From: Candidatus Bathyarchaeota archaeon
GTDB taxonomy: Archaea > Thermoproteota > Bathyarchaeia > Bathyarchaeales > Bathycorpusculaceae
DNA: 64,000 nt
Assembly: GCA_963811105.1 (NCBI GenBank)
Contig: CAWEPZ010000011.1
Location: 1,024,001 to 1,088,000 of the forward strand
Reading direction: 5' to 3'
How positions within the stretch are numbered: the first letter of the stretch is position 1; each line of letters begins with the position of its first letter. The notes beneath the pieces were generated by a model. It did no database searches. It was not told the origin of the DNA and was given only the letters and a program-made list of their open reading frames with translations. Below are positions 30,884 through 40,255 of the stretch, piece after piece. A program made the position numbers and the translations under genes.

Positions 30884-31477
30884 CTATGCCGTTTTAATCT
30901 TCTTAACCTGCGCTCTTTCAAGAATACGAACAATAGGTAACGCTAAAATAACTCCAATTATTCCACCGGCAACTATCAAACCTACCCAAATAGTTATCGC
31001 AAACGTGGGCGAAACAAGAGTAAAATTTACAATTGCAGCAGCTGATGCAGAAACAATAGTACCTAAAATAGCGATTCCCACGTTTATGATTTTAACGCTT
31101 ATTTTATGATGATTAATCAGGAGAAACAGATCAAAAATTATAGCTGCAACTATAAAGCCTATGACTGGAAGCGGACCTCCAGCAAGCAAAACAATAGTAG
31201 AGCCTATGATACCAACTAAGGTTGCAGCGCCATATTGATTTGTAGCCCAGATAACAAGAAGTAGAATAAAGAAAATTATTATGCTGTGAATAATAGGCAA
31301 TCCAGTAAGCCTAAAGCTAATGGGTGCAACCGTTAGGTTTAGAGCTACCCATAACGCGCTGAAAATGCTAATTACCGCGATGTTGACGCTAAAACGGTTT
31401 TTGACAGTTTGGGCTTTAAACAAATCAGTAACACTTATTTGCACTTTAGTAACACTCACACATAAAAACATTCTCAA
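30884..31477 (-). CDS. Integral membrane protein, ECF S-component-like
   Basis: Five to six TM helices; IAVISIFSAL motif in helix 1; true start probably downstream. Confidence 0.65.
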   Translation of the reverse strand: MRMFLCVSVTKVQISVTDLFKAQTVKNRFSVNIAVISIFSALWVALNLTVAPISFRLTGLPIIHSIIIFFILLLVIWATNQYGAATLVGIIGSTIVLLAGGPLPVIGFIVAAIIFDLFLLINHHKISVKIINVGIAILGTIVSASAAAIVNFTLVSPTFAITIWVGLIVAGGIIGVILALPIVRILERAQVKKIKTA

Positions 31478-31588
31478 CGATCATGTTAACGCGCCTAAAC
31501 CATAAATACTTAATCAAACGACTTCAAAACTCTAATAATTCCGCTATAGGACTAAGTTTAAATCCGAAACCACTCACCAAACATAACT

Positions 31589-31957
31589 ATGAAAGCCATA
31601 GCAATACTTGGAGCCATTGCAGCAGCAATAATATTCTTTTTCGCAATAATTTTTGCCCTTGCCTCTTCGTATCAAGGAATCCCAACTCAAACCGCCCAAA
31701 CTAGGCTCGTTAGTAGTGTTTTACTTTTCATTATTGGAATTGCAGTAATTGTGGGCATTTATTTTCTTACTCGCAAACCAAAAACAGTTATCCAGCGTTT
31801 GGAAGTTTCTGGACAAATGAAAGGGGCAGCGATAAAGTGTCCGAACTGTTCAGCTTCAATTAATGCTAACGAAATAAAAATTGTTTCAGGCGTACCCTAT
31901 GTTAAATGCCCCTATTGCGGCACCACGTTTGAGGTTACTGAGGAACCAAAATGGTGA
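31589..31957 (+). CDS. Two-TM membrane protein with C-terminal Zn ribbon
   Basis: CPNC...CPYCG, ends EEPKW; overlaps next gene. Confidence 0.85.
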   Translation: MKAIAILGAIAAAIIFFFAIIFALASSYQGIPTQTAQTRLVSSVLLFIIGIAVIVGIYFLTRKPKTVIQRLEVSGQMKGAAIKCPNCSASINANEIKIVSGVPYVKCPYCGTTFEVTEEPKW

Positions 31958-33576
31958 AGCGCACCTATCTTCTAGTAGTTCTTTTAGCGCTATCGGTTAT
32001 CTTGATCGGGTTAAACACCGTTAATGCTCAGAATATAGTTTACAGTGTTGACCATCAATATACCCAGATATTCATTAACCAAGACGGCACCATCGACTTA
32101 ACCTACAACATTACCTTAACAGTTACCTCAGGAGTAATTCATGGATTCTATGTTGGTCAACCAAAAAACGACTTTACCATAGGTCAAGCAGTAGACCAGT
32201 ATGGAAACAATCTTCAAGTTTCAGACGCTAGCAGCGGCGGCGACTATAGAGTTGATGTTACACTAAACCCGCCCTTAACAGCTGGAAACTCGATCTGGTT
32301 CACTGTAACAACCAATGTTGCAGGAATGATATACAACGACACAAAGAACCCTGGCAACTTTGGCATGCAGTTTGCGCCAGAATGGACTAATGTACCAATT
32401 AATGATGTACGAGTTCAAATTTTGCTTCCGCCAGGCGCTACTACAAGCGATGTGAAAACTACTCAGAACTTCTATAACAGCACCTCAATAGTGGAGGGAA
32501 GGCTGGCTGTATTTTGGCAAATTCCAGTAATACAAGCTAACCAGAAATACTTCGTGGGCGTTTCTTTTCCAGCAAAATACATGCCTAACTACAATCCTCC
32601 CAAGACATCAGGCGACTTGGGCAGTCTGGGAAATATTCTTCCATTGATTGTTTTGCCAATAATCGCAATACTCGTAATCATAGCGGTTGTTGGAGTGGCA
32701 AGGAAAAGCACGTATTCTTCGCCTAAAGTCAGCATGGAAACCCTCGGAGTAAAACGCGGATTAACCGCAGTTGAGGCTTCTTACCTTCTTGATTTAAAGC
32801 CCACACAAATAGTTACAGAAATTCTCTATAGCCTTTTGAAGAAAAGGGCTGTTTGGGCTCAAGAAACCAAACCTTCGCTTAAACTTCAGTTGCTTACGCC
32901 TTATGAAAACAAAACAGGCACAGCAGAGAATCCCCTGCAGTATTACGAGATTGATTTTCTTGCCTCGTTGAAAACTGACGGCATGCTTGACGAGGAGAAA
33001 TTGGCGCACACTATCATGTTTTTGCGTGACACGATTGAACAGAAACTGCAGGGATACAGCCGACAAGACACAGTTGACTATTACAAAAAAATAGTTGCTC
33101 AAGCATGGACAATAGTCGAACAGGCTGGAACGGTGGAGTTAACATCAAACGCTTATGATGAACAATTGCTTTGGTTAATGCTTGACCCGAACCAAAAAAT
33201 TAAAACAGAAACAGTCTTTCAAAACAGAGTGTTCCAGCCTAATCCGCTTTGGTTCTGGTGGTGGTTCGGTTACACCACATATTATCCAAATCCAACATAC
33301 AAACCAAACATTCAAGCACCAACACAATCAGCAAAGCCGCCAGCAATTCCAGGCGCTGAATTCGCAAACAACATTGCAACCTCAGTAGAAAAAACTTCAA
33401 ACAACATGGTAGTCAACATAGAAAAATTCGCTAACTCCATTGTTCCACCGCCGCCAAAGGCTTCCCAGCAACCAGCACACCACAAAGCAGACTGCGTCTG
33501 TGCGTGTGCTGCATGTGCCTGTGCTTGCGCTTGTGTTTCATGTGCTTGTGCATGTGCAGGTGGAGGTGCCCATTAG
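31951..33576 (+). CDS. Single-pass membrane protein (DUF2207-like ectodomain) with C-terminal Cys/Ala repeat tail
   Basis: Signal peptide, INQDG beta-rich ectodomain, TM, cytoplasmic domain, tail CVCACAACACACACVSCACACAGGGAH. Confidence 0.88.
   Translation: MVKRTYLLVVLLALSVILIGLNTVNAQNIVYSVDHQYTQIFINQDGTIDLTYNITLTVTSGVIHGFYVGQPKNDFTIGQAVDQYGNNLQVSDASSGGDYRVDVTLNPPLTAGNSIWFTVTTNVAGMIYNDTKNPGNFGMQFAPEWTNVPINDVRVQILLPPGATTSDVKTTQNFYNSTSIVEGRLAVFWQIPVIQANQKYFVGVSFPAKYMPNYNPPKTSGDLGSLGNILPLIVLPIIAILVIIAVVGVARKSTYSSPKVSMETLGVKRGLTAVEASYLLDLKPTQIVTEILYSLLKKRAVWAQETKPSLKLQLLTPYENKTGTAENPLQYYEIDFLASLKTDGMLDEEKLAHTIMFLRDTIEQKLQGYSRQDTVDYYKKIVAQAWTIVEQAGTVELTSNAYDEQLLWLMLDPNQKIKTETVFQNRVFQPNPLWFWWWFGYTTYYPNPTYKPNIQAPTQSAKPPAIPGAEFANNIATSVEKTSNNMVVNIEKFANSIVPPPPKASQQPAHHKADCVCACAACACACACVSCACACAGGGAH
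33493..33573 (+). repeat. (Cys-Ala)n coding repeat, 10 Cys in 27 residues
   Basis: Synonymous codons vary (TGT/TGC; GCG/GCT/GCA/GCC), so it is not a simple slippage microsatellite. Confidence 0.9.
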
Positions 33577-34923
33577 ATGAGTTTTCTAAAATGGATTTTT
33601 GGTAAGCAAAAGGTTCCTGTAGGTCGTTATACTTATCGGGGTAAGGATAAGTTTGTGGGCATGTCCCTTCAACTGCGAATAGAGCAGAGTGGACAAGGGG
33701 TAATGGTAATCAATGCTAACAATGTTCTTCACCTAAACCATACTGCAACAGCGTTCGCTTACTTTTTCATGCAGGGATTGCAAAAAGAAGATGTTGTTAA
33801 AAAGATTCGCAGGTTGTACCGAGTTAATGCTGAAAGAGCAAAGGCCGATTATGAAAAACTAGTATTCACAATAAGTACATTGGCTCAAACAGAAAAAATT
33901 GACCCAGTCACATATCTTGAAATTGAAAAAGAAGAACCGTTCAGTCATCACTATTCAGCACCTCTACGCATGGATTTAGCTTTAACTTTTAGATGCCAAA
34001 ACGACTGCGTCCACTGCTACGCAGGGGGTCCACACGAGACACCGGAATTGTCAACGGTTCAGTGGAAAAGTGTCATCGACAAACTTAGTGAAATCGGCGT
34101 TTTCATCTTAACCTTCACAGGCGGAGAACCAACTTTACGTGAGGATCTGCCAGAACTATTATTGTACGCTCAGAACAAGGGCATCGTTACAGGGTTAATC
34201 AGTAATGGACGAAAGCTAAAAGATGAAGCGTTCGTTGAAGTGCTGGAAAAATCAGGTTTAGATTTTGTTCAGATCACCCTTGAATCACATAAACCCCAAG
34301 TTCACGACAAAATAACCTGCGCAAAAAGTAGTTGGAAAGAAACGGTTACAGGAATAAGAAATGCCGTAAAATCCCGAATTTACGTTTCAACGAACACTAC
34401 CCTAAACAAACAAAACGCCTCAGATTTTCTAACTACAATTGATTTTATTCAAACGCTTGATGTAGACGCTTTCGGATGCAATAGCTTAATTTATTCGGGA
34501 AAGGCGCCAGAAGCAAGCCAAGAATTTGCGCTATCCGTCGAAGAATTGAATACGCTTCTGGTTAAAATCCGAGACAAAGCCCACATGCTCAGGCTAAAGT
34601 TTCTTTGGTATACACCTACACAATACTGCCAATTTAATCCCGTACAGTTAGGCTTAGGCGTCAAAAGCTGCACTGCAGCCATGATAAATGCGTGTGTTGG
34701 ACCAAACGGCGATGTTTACCCATGCCAAAGCTACTTTGAAAGCTTAGGAAATATCCTAACTGATCCCTGGGAGAAAATTTGGAACAACCCGTTAGCCATA
34801 AAACTGCGAAAAAGAGACTATGTTGAGCAAAAATGTACAGATTGTTCACAGTTGCAGGTTTGCGGTGGAGGATGCCCCTTGGAGCTTCAAAACAAGGGGT
34901 ATCAATGTAGCCAGACAGGATAA
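33577..34923 (+). CDS. Radical SAM/SPASM enzyme with N-terminal PqqD-like RiPP recognition element
   Basis: LHLNHTA...IRRLYRVNAERAKAD (RRE-like), CQNDCVHC, TGGEP, SPASM C..GDVYPC..CTDC..VCGGGC. Confidence 0.92.
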   Translation: MSFLKWIFGKQKVPVGRYTYRGKDKFVGMSLQLRIEQSGQGVMVINANNVLHLNHTATAFAYFFMQGLQKEDVVKKIRRLYRVNAERAKADYEKLVFTISTLAQTEKIDPVTYLEIEKEEPFSHHYSAPLRMDLALTFRCQNDCVHCYAGGPHETPELSTVQWKSVIDKLSEIGVFILTFTGGEPTLREDLPELLLYAQNKGIVTGLISNGRKLKDEAFVEVLEKSGLDFVQITLESHKPQVHDKITCAKSSWKETVTGIRNAVKSRIYVSTNTTLNKQNASDFLTTIDFIQTLDVDAFGCNSLIYSGKAPEASQEFALSVEELNTLLVKIRDKAHMLRLKFLWYTPTQYCQFNPVQLGLGVKSCTAAMINACVGPNGDVYPCQSYFESLGNILTDPWEKIWNNPLAIKLRKRDYVEQKCTDCSQLQVCGGGCPLELQNKGYQCSQTG

Positions 34924-34989
34924 TTTATCTTTAGCGAGTTATCATTTGTCACTATAAACCAAGCCCCGATTCGTGAGTTCAGACATAAA

Positions 34990-36225
34990 ATGGTTGCCAG
35001 AGATAAGCCTAGGCTGATAGTTTTTGACGTTGAAGGAGTGCTTATTCCAAAAAACCGCTTCTTGTTTGAAGTAGGAAAAAAATTAGGCTTCATTAAACTC
35101 ATTAACCTTCTTTTTTATGGTTTTTTATATGAAGCAGGCCTACTAAAACTCGAATCAGCTCTAACTCGCGCCTTCAGAGAATTAAGAGGTGTTAAGCCGG
35201 AAGAATTGATGCTTATTTTCAACAAAATTGCCTCAACCGCTTTCTTGCAAACTCTATTCGCCCAAATCAAAACGAGAAATTGCAAAATCGCCTTGATTAG
35301 CTCAGGGGTGCCATCAGATATTGTAAAAAATTTAGCCATAACAGTGGGCGCAGATTACGCTTACGGAATTGAAGTTGAAACCAAAAATGGCAGGTTAACG
35401 GGCAAAATCGAGGGTGACGTTATTCAACCGAGTGGAAAGCTCAAGATTTTATCGCAGATCATAACCTTGGAAGGCGTAAGCTTAAGAGACTGCATCGTTG
35501 TCGCCGACGACAGAAATAACCGTTGCATGTTTATGCCTGGAATACTTAAAATTGGGTTTAATCCTGATTTTTTTATCCGCATGAAAGCCGACAAGGTAGT
35601 AGTTGGGAAGCTTTCTCAAATCTTACCCATTATCGATGGTAAAATACAAAAGCGTTCTTTCCCGTCAACGAACGATTTGGTAAGAGAAGACATTCATGCT
35701 TCAGGTTTCTTTATGCCAGTTATCGCCAGTTTTACAGGTGTGCCTTTTGTTGGCGCATTAATTTTCGCAATAGCGATGGTATACACTGCCTCTGAACTTT
35801 GGCGTTTAGAAGGAAAAGAAATATTGCTCATTTCGGCAATTACACGCCACGCTGCTTCACAATCGGAACTGCATGGTTTTGCAGCAGCCCCATTATACTT
35901 TGCTGCGGGTGTATTGTCAACGCTAATTTTGTTTCCTGCGCCCGCAAGCTATGCCGCCGTTGCTATGTTCTGCCTAGGTGACAGCGCCGCTTCCCTTTTC
36001 GGAGGCCTCATATCCACATCTTTACCATTTAATAAGGGAAAAACTTGGGAAGGCTCAGTAGGTGGATTCGTGTTTGCGTTTTTAGGCGGTCTGTTTTTTG
36101 TCTCGCCAATTTGGGCTTTGATTGGAGCAGCAATTGCTATGACAGTTGAGGTTCTTCCTTTACCGATAAATGACAACGTGCTTATACCAGTGATTACAGG
36201 AGCAGCACTAACGCTTCTACTCTAA
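34990..36225 (+). CDS. Fusion of a SerB-like HAD domain and a CTP-dependent polyprenol/phytol/dolichol kinase domain
   Basis: FDVEGVL, ISSG, ADDRNN; then REDIH, GDSAASLFG, KTWEGS, DNVLIP with TM helices. Confidence 0.85.
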   Translation: MVARDKPRLIVFDVEGVLIPKNRFLFEVGKKLGFIKLINLLFYGFLYEAGLLKLESALTRAFRELRGVKPEELMLIFNKIASTAFLQTLFAQIKTRNCKIALISSGVPSDIVKNLAITVGADYAYGIEVETKNGRLTGKIEGDVIQPSGKLKILSQIITLEGVSLRDCIVVADDRNNRCMFMPGILKIGFNPDFFIRMKADKVVVGKLSQILPIIDGKIQKRSFPSTNDLVREDIHASGFFMPVIASFTGVPFVGALIFAIAMVYTASELWRLEGKEILLISAITRHAASQSELHGFAAAPLYFAAGVLSTLILFPAPASYAAVAMFCLGDSAASLFGGLISTSLPFNKGKTWEGSVGGFVFAFLGGLFFVSPIWALIGAAIAMTVEVLPLPINDNVLIPVITGAALTLLL

Positions 36226-36693
36226 AGCAACTAATGCTTTGAGATAATCCTTGACAAAAAATTTCTTGCCCCTTTGAATAATCACATGTCCTTCTTGCTC
36301 CAAAAGCCGCTTTTGAGGTTCAAATCCGCCTGGATACTTCTCATTTAGGAATCCACCACGCTTCAATGTTCTCCAATAAGGAGTAGTATCAGCAAAACCT
36401 TGTTGTTTCTGCTCTTCTGCAGCGTAGGCAGAAATCCAAGCAAAAATTCCAGTAGTTAACGGGCAACCAATTGTTGCATTGTGATTTTTTGCAAGAGCTG
36501 AGCGGATTTCATTGATTGTTGTCAATTTGCCTCTAGGCACTCTTTTCATTAACCGATCTACCTCAATGGGCGCAGGGATCACTAAGGTGCCTGGCCCCCA
36601 TTTTTTGATCATTTTACCACTAATTTCTTTCACTTTTGGGTAGCCCTTGCTGTCGTTAAGTTTTTCCTGCCAAGTCGGTTTCTTTGAAGGCAT
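36217..36693 (-). CDS. MGMT/alkyltransferase-like DNA-binding protein
   Basis: VPRGKLTT, PYWR in place of PCHR, QKRLLEQEG. Confidence 0.8.
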   Translation of the reverse strand: MPSKKPTWQEKLNDSKGYPKVKEISGKMIKKWGPGTLVIPAPIEVDRLMKRVPRGKLTTINEIRSALAKNHNATIGCPLTTGIFAWISAYAAEEQKQQGFADTTPYWRTLKRGGFLNEKYPGGFEPQKRLLEQEGHVIIQRGKKFFVKDYLKALVALE

Positions 36694-36745
36694 ATTCTAA
36701 CCAAAAATTTATACTCAGCATGCTTTATTGAAACTTTCGATATAT

Positions 36746-37000
36746 CTATTTCTTGTTTTGCAAGCTTACAAGGTCAAGTTTTTGCTGATGACTAAGCTTT
36801 TTTATTTCTCTTTCCCGCTTCATCGCCAAACTTCGTGAATTAAAAAGCTCCGCATAAGCAACTCTTTCCGGTTTGTGGACTTTTGTGTATCTGGCACCCT
36901 TTCCGTTTTGATGCAGTTTTGTTCGTGCGTCCAAATCTCCGGTGTATCCCGTGTAAAAGCTACCGTCAATGCAAAGCAAAATGTAAACATAAAATGACAA
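36746..37000 (-). CDS. GIY-YIG nuclease (UPF0213/YhbQ-like)
   Basis: YVYIL..DGSFYTGYT, H..GKGARYT, AMKREREIK. Confidence 0.92.
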   Translation of the reverse strand: MSFYVYILLCIDGSFYTGYTGDLDARTKLHQNGKGARYTKVHKPERVAYAELFNSRSLAMKREREIKKLSHQQKLDLVSLQNKK

Positions 37001-37006
37001 GCTGAC

Positions 37007-37687
37007 CTACTGCTCCTTGGCTTCAGGCGGTAGGTAGTCGTAGATGACACCTTTCTGCATCGCTCTTTTCAAGTAAGCCTCAGGGTCAATTTCTTGAACC
37101 TTTGTACGATCAACATCTATTATGTAGATTTCTTGTATGCGAGCATTTCGGATTTCTTCAAAGGTCACAGGTGGCTTTTGGTAGTATGCGTCACAGAGCT
37201 TTTTTATATAAATTATTTCTTCGTCAGTTCGATTTCTAGGCGGCTTAGCTAACGCACGTGGAAAAGGTAGAGTATAATGTGGCGGCACGCCTAAAGCGAA
37301 TTTTCCTGCGAAGCTGCTGTACCGTATTATTTTGCTTGCCAATCTGGCAGTCGTGTAAGTTAAAGGTGCCAAAGCATTTTCTGGAGGAATAAAACCCGTC
37401 TCTATTTCAACAATTAAATTTCCAAAACCTTTTATGGCATATACATCACATGTCAAAAGCTCATTTAAGGTATATTCAAGCTGAACTTCGCAGCCCTTTT
37501 GAATAAGATATTTCGCACAAACAAGCTCCATAACTGAATGATTAATTTTTACAACGTTTTCTCTTTGAAGATTTGTCAGCCGATCTTTAAGGACGTTAAG
37601 TTTTTTTTCTACGTCATTTCCAGAATCCTTTGTCAGCCTATTTAAGAGGGTTGTTAAGTCTTGTCCGAATTTTTGCCTGTTACTCAT
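37007..37687 (-). CDS. Hypothetical protein, PD-(D/E)xK-like
   Basis: HSVMELV, CDVYA, VEIETG. Confidence 0.75.
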   Translation of the reverse strand: MSNRQKFGQDLTTLLNRLTKDSGNDVEKKLNVLKDRLTNLQRENVVKINHSVMELVCAKYLIQKGCEVQLEYTLNELLTCDVYAIKGFGNLIVEIETGFIPPENALAPLTYTTARLASKIIRYSSFAGKFALGVPPHYTLPFPRALAKPPRNRTDEEIIYIKKLCDAYYQKPPVTFEEIRNARIQEIYIIDVDRTKVQEIDPEAYLKRAMQKGVIYDYLPPEAKEQ

Positions 37688-37998
37688 TTGTTGCTTCCCT
37701 GCCGATTGGCTTGCTACTTTCTTTAACCTATTCGGCTTTTGAAATATATAAAGCCAAAAAATGTTTGTGCCAAAACCTCAACCAAATTATTAAGCTTCTC
37801 AATTGAAATAAGTGATTGCTGGTTTATTCAGACCTGACCGGATAGAAAATAAAAACAGAAAAAAATCCATTCATGATTTGCTCGCAGTGCCAAATGCAAA
37901 AACTTGCACAAGAAGAAATGTGACGACAATTTTCATTCTATTGCTTGCTGTTACTAAAGGGAAAAACTTCCTGAAAGTCAACACGCCTTTTTTTAGGG

Positions 37999-38178
37999 TT
38001 ATATGGAAGAGAGCACAAGTCTGGTTAAGTTAACGTCAACTTCAGTGATTTTGCAGTTTTTGAATTCTTTTGCTTCACCCAGAATGTTCTTAACTGTTAC
38101 ATTGTCTTGGTCAACTTTAACGTAGATTACGTCTTTGAATTGGACTTTTCCATTGACGATAATGTTAAATTCACACAT
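37999..38178 (-). CDS. CooT-family small protein
   Basis: Below ORF cutoff; MCEFNIIVNGKVQFKDVIYVKVDQDNVTVKNILGEAKEFKNCKITEVDVNLTRLVLSSI (MCE start, ILGE motif). Confidence 0.85.
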   Translation of the reverse strand: MCEFNIIVNGKVQFKDVIYVKVDQDNVTVKNILGEAKEFKNCKITEVDVNLTRLVLSSI

Positions 38179-38400
38179 AAGACTTCACAGCTATGGAAAA
38201 AGAGATTCTGGGTTATAAGCTCTTTTATCAGAAATTGTTTCTGATTAATCTTAAGCTTTTCTATTTGAAATGAATTCTGAGTTTAGATTAGCTACTTCAT
38301 TATTAACAAAAATTGTAAACAATTAAGGATGACACCGTAAGCTTTTTATTTGTACAGCAATGTAATTTTAAGGATTGTGGAATTTCAAGAGGAATTTAAG

Positions 38401-38451
38401 ATGAGGGATCGTCACCTCAATAGATGGGATCGTCGGGTATTTATTCTTTAA
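38401..38451 (+). promoter_or_regulatory. Possible ilv/leu leader peptide MRDRHLNRWDRRVFIL
   Basis: uORF ending V-F-I-L upstream of ilvB; in-frame GTG at 38377; TTTTATT box near 38344. Confidence 0.4.
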
Positions 38452-38556
38452 TTCGCCCAGGGAACTCTTTGAAACTGCCATTGAAAAATTTTCAAAACAA
38501 TATTGCTCTAGAAGAGAGTATTGTTACCAAAAAGGAGATGCAGAGAAATAACCAAA

Positions 38557-40254
38557 ATGTCTGGTGCAAAAGCACTTTTAGAATCCCTTGATCGGCAAAA
38601 CGTAGAAGTGATATTCGGCATTTTAGGCGGAGCAATCCTTCCTGTATATGATGCATTATGCGGCCATGAAAAGATTAGACACATCCTTAGTCGACATGAG
38701 CAAGGAGCAGCACACGCCGCTGAAGGCTATGCGAGAGCCAGCGGACGAGTAGGAGTGTGCATGGCAACCTCAGGACCAGGAGCCACAAACCTAGTTACAG
38801 GGATTGCAAACGCCTACATGGATTCTTCGCCAATTGTAGCTCTAACAGGGCAAGTCCCAACAATTGGCGGTAACAGTTCATACATGATTGGCAGAGATGC
38901 CTTTCAAGAAGCAGATATAATCGGCATTACAACTCCTATCACTAAATACAATTTTCAGCCAAGGACAGTTGCTGAAATTCCGACAACAGTTAACACGGCA
39001 TTCTATATAGCAGCTACAGGCAGACCAGGACCAGTTCTAATTGACTTGCCGAAAAACGTGCAGGCAGAAACCGCCGAAGTCGAAGTAACTGACAAAATTG
39101 ATGCCAGAGGCTACAAATCTATGATCGAGATAGATTTGACTAAAATCAGCGCAGCTGCTAATTTGCTCATAAACGCTGAGAAACCAGTTATATTGTCTGG
39201 CGGAGGAGTCATAATTTCGAACGCTTCAGATGAGCTTATGCAAATGTCTGATTTGTTGATGGCCCCAGTTGCAACAACATTCATGGGCAAAGGTTCAATC
39301 TCAGAATGCCATCCATTATCAGTTGGAAGCATTGGAATGCATGGAAATCCAGCTGCAAACAGGTTAATGAGCGAAGCTGACGTGTTATTGGCAGTTGGAA
39401 CAAGATTCTCTGACCGAGCAACAGCAAACGTTGATACATTCGCTAATAATGCTAAAAAGATTCACATTGACATTGACGACGCAGAAATCGGAAAAAACAT
39501 TGAAGTTGATGTGCCAATAGTCGGGGATGCTAAGACAGTTTTGAAATTATTGCATACAGCCTTAGCTGGTAAATTGCACAAAAAAGAAAGCACTGTTTGG
39601 ACAAAAAGAGTCAAAGCAACAAAAGATCTTCTGAGCCCGCTACTAAAAGAAGTGCCCAAAGATTTAGTGCCCAAAGCGCTACTAATGGAGCTAAGGAAAC
39701 TGTTGCCTGAAAACACTATAGTGACGACGGAAGTCGGCCAAAACCAAATGTGGTCAGCCCTATATTTCCAAGCATTAAAGCCAAGAACATTCATCAGTTC
39801 AGGCGGATTAGGGACCATGGGCTTTGGTTTCCCAGCGGCAATAGGAGCAAAAGTTGCATTTCCAAACAGGCCAGTCGTAGATATAGCCGGCGACGGCAGC
39901 TTCATAATGACTGAACAAGAACTCGCATGCTCAGTAACGGAGAACATCCCTGTAATAGTCATAGTGCTGAACAATTCAGTACTTGGCATGGTGGCACAGT
40001 GGCAACGAATGCTCTACAAACGGCGCTACATGGCAGTTAATCTAGGCAAAACACCAGATTTCGTGAAGCTGGCAGAAGCTTACGGAGCACAAGGCTTCCG
40101 AGCAGGGTCAATGGAAGAGTTCCAAAAAGCAGTTAAGAAAGCACTAAACAGTAAAGTAACAACGGTAATCGATGTACCTATAGGCTCAGAGGAGGACGTC
40201 GTACCTTTTGTACCTCCAGGCTGCGGTTTACCACAACAGCAAGGTGACTATTAG
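38557..40254 (+). CDS. ilvB: Acetolactate synthase large subunit
   Basis: RHEQGA, TSGPGATN, GDGSF ThDP motif; the ORF could start at TTG 38521. Confidence 0.96.
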   Translation: MSGAKALLESLDRQNVEVIFGILGGAILPVYDALCGHEKIRHILSRHEQGAAHAAEGYARASGRVGVCMATSGPGATNLVTGIANAYMDSSPIVALTGQVPTIGGNSSYMIGRDAFQEADIIGITTPITKYNFQPRTVAEIPTTVNTAFYIAATGRPGPVLIDLPKNVQAETAEVEVTDKIDARGYKSMIEIDLTKISAAANLLINAEKPVILSGGGVIISNASDELMQMSDLLMAPVATTFMGKGSISECHPLSVGSIGMHGNPAANRLMSEADVLLAVGTRFSDRATANVDTFANNAKKIHIDIDDAEIGKNIEVDVPIVGDAKTVLKLLHTALAGKLHKKESTVWTKRVKATKDLLSPLLKEVPKDLVPKALLMELRKLLPENTIVTTEVGQNQMWSALYFQALKPRTFISSGGLGTMGFGFPAAIGAKVAFPNRPVVDIAGDGSFIMTEQELACSVTENIPVIVIVLNNSVLGMVAQWQRMLYKRRYMAVNLGKTPDFVKLAEAYGAQGFRAGSMEEFQKAVKKALNSKVTTVIDVPIGSEEDVVPFVPPGCGLPQQQGDY

Positions 40255-40255
40255 A

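Noticed and set aside
33493-33560. TGTGC-like run as a microsatellite or CRISPR
   Set aside because: In-frame coding repeat with synonymous variation; no repeat-spacer structure. No CRISPR array, tRNA or rRNA was seen anywhere in the window
36746-37000. GIY-YIG gene as a homing endonuclease or mobile element
   Set aside because: Short stand-alone UPF0213 type; no intron, intein, terminal repeats or transposase nearby
37812-38033. 73-aa ORF containing IFILLLAV as an ilv leader
   Set aside because: Separated from ilvB by the oppositely oriented CooT gene, which it overlaps
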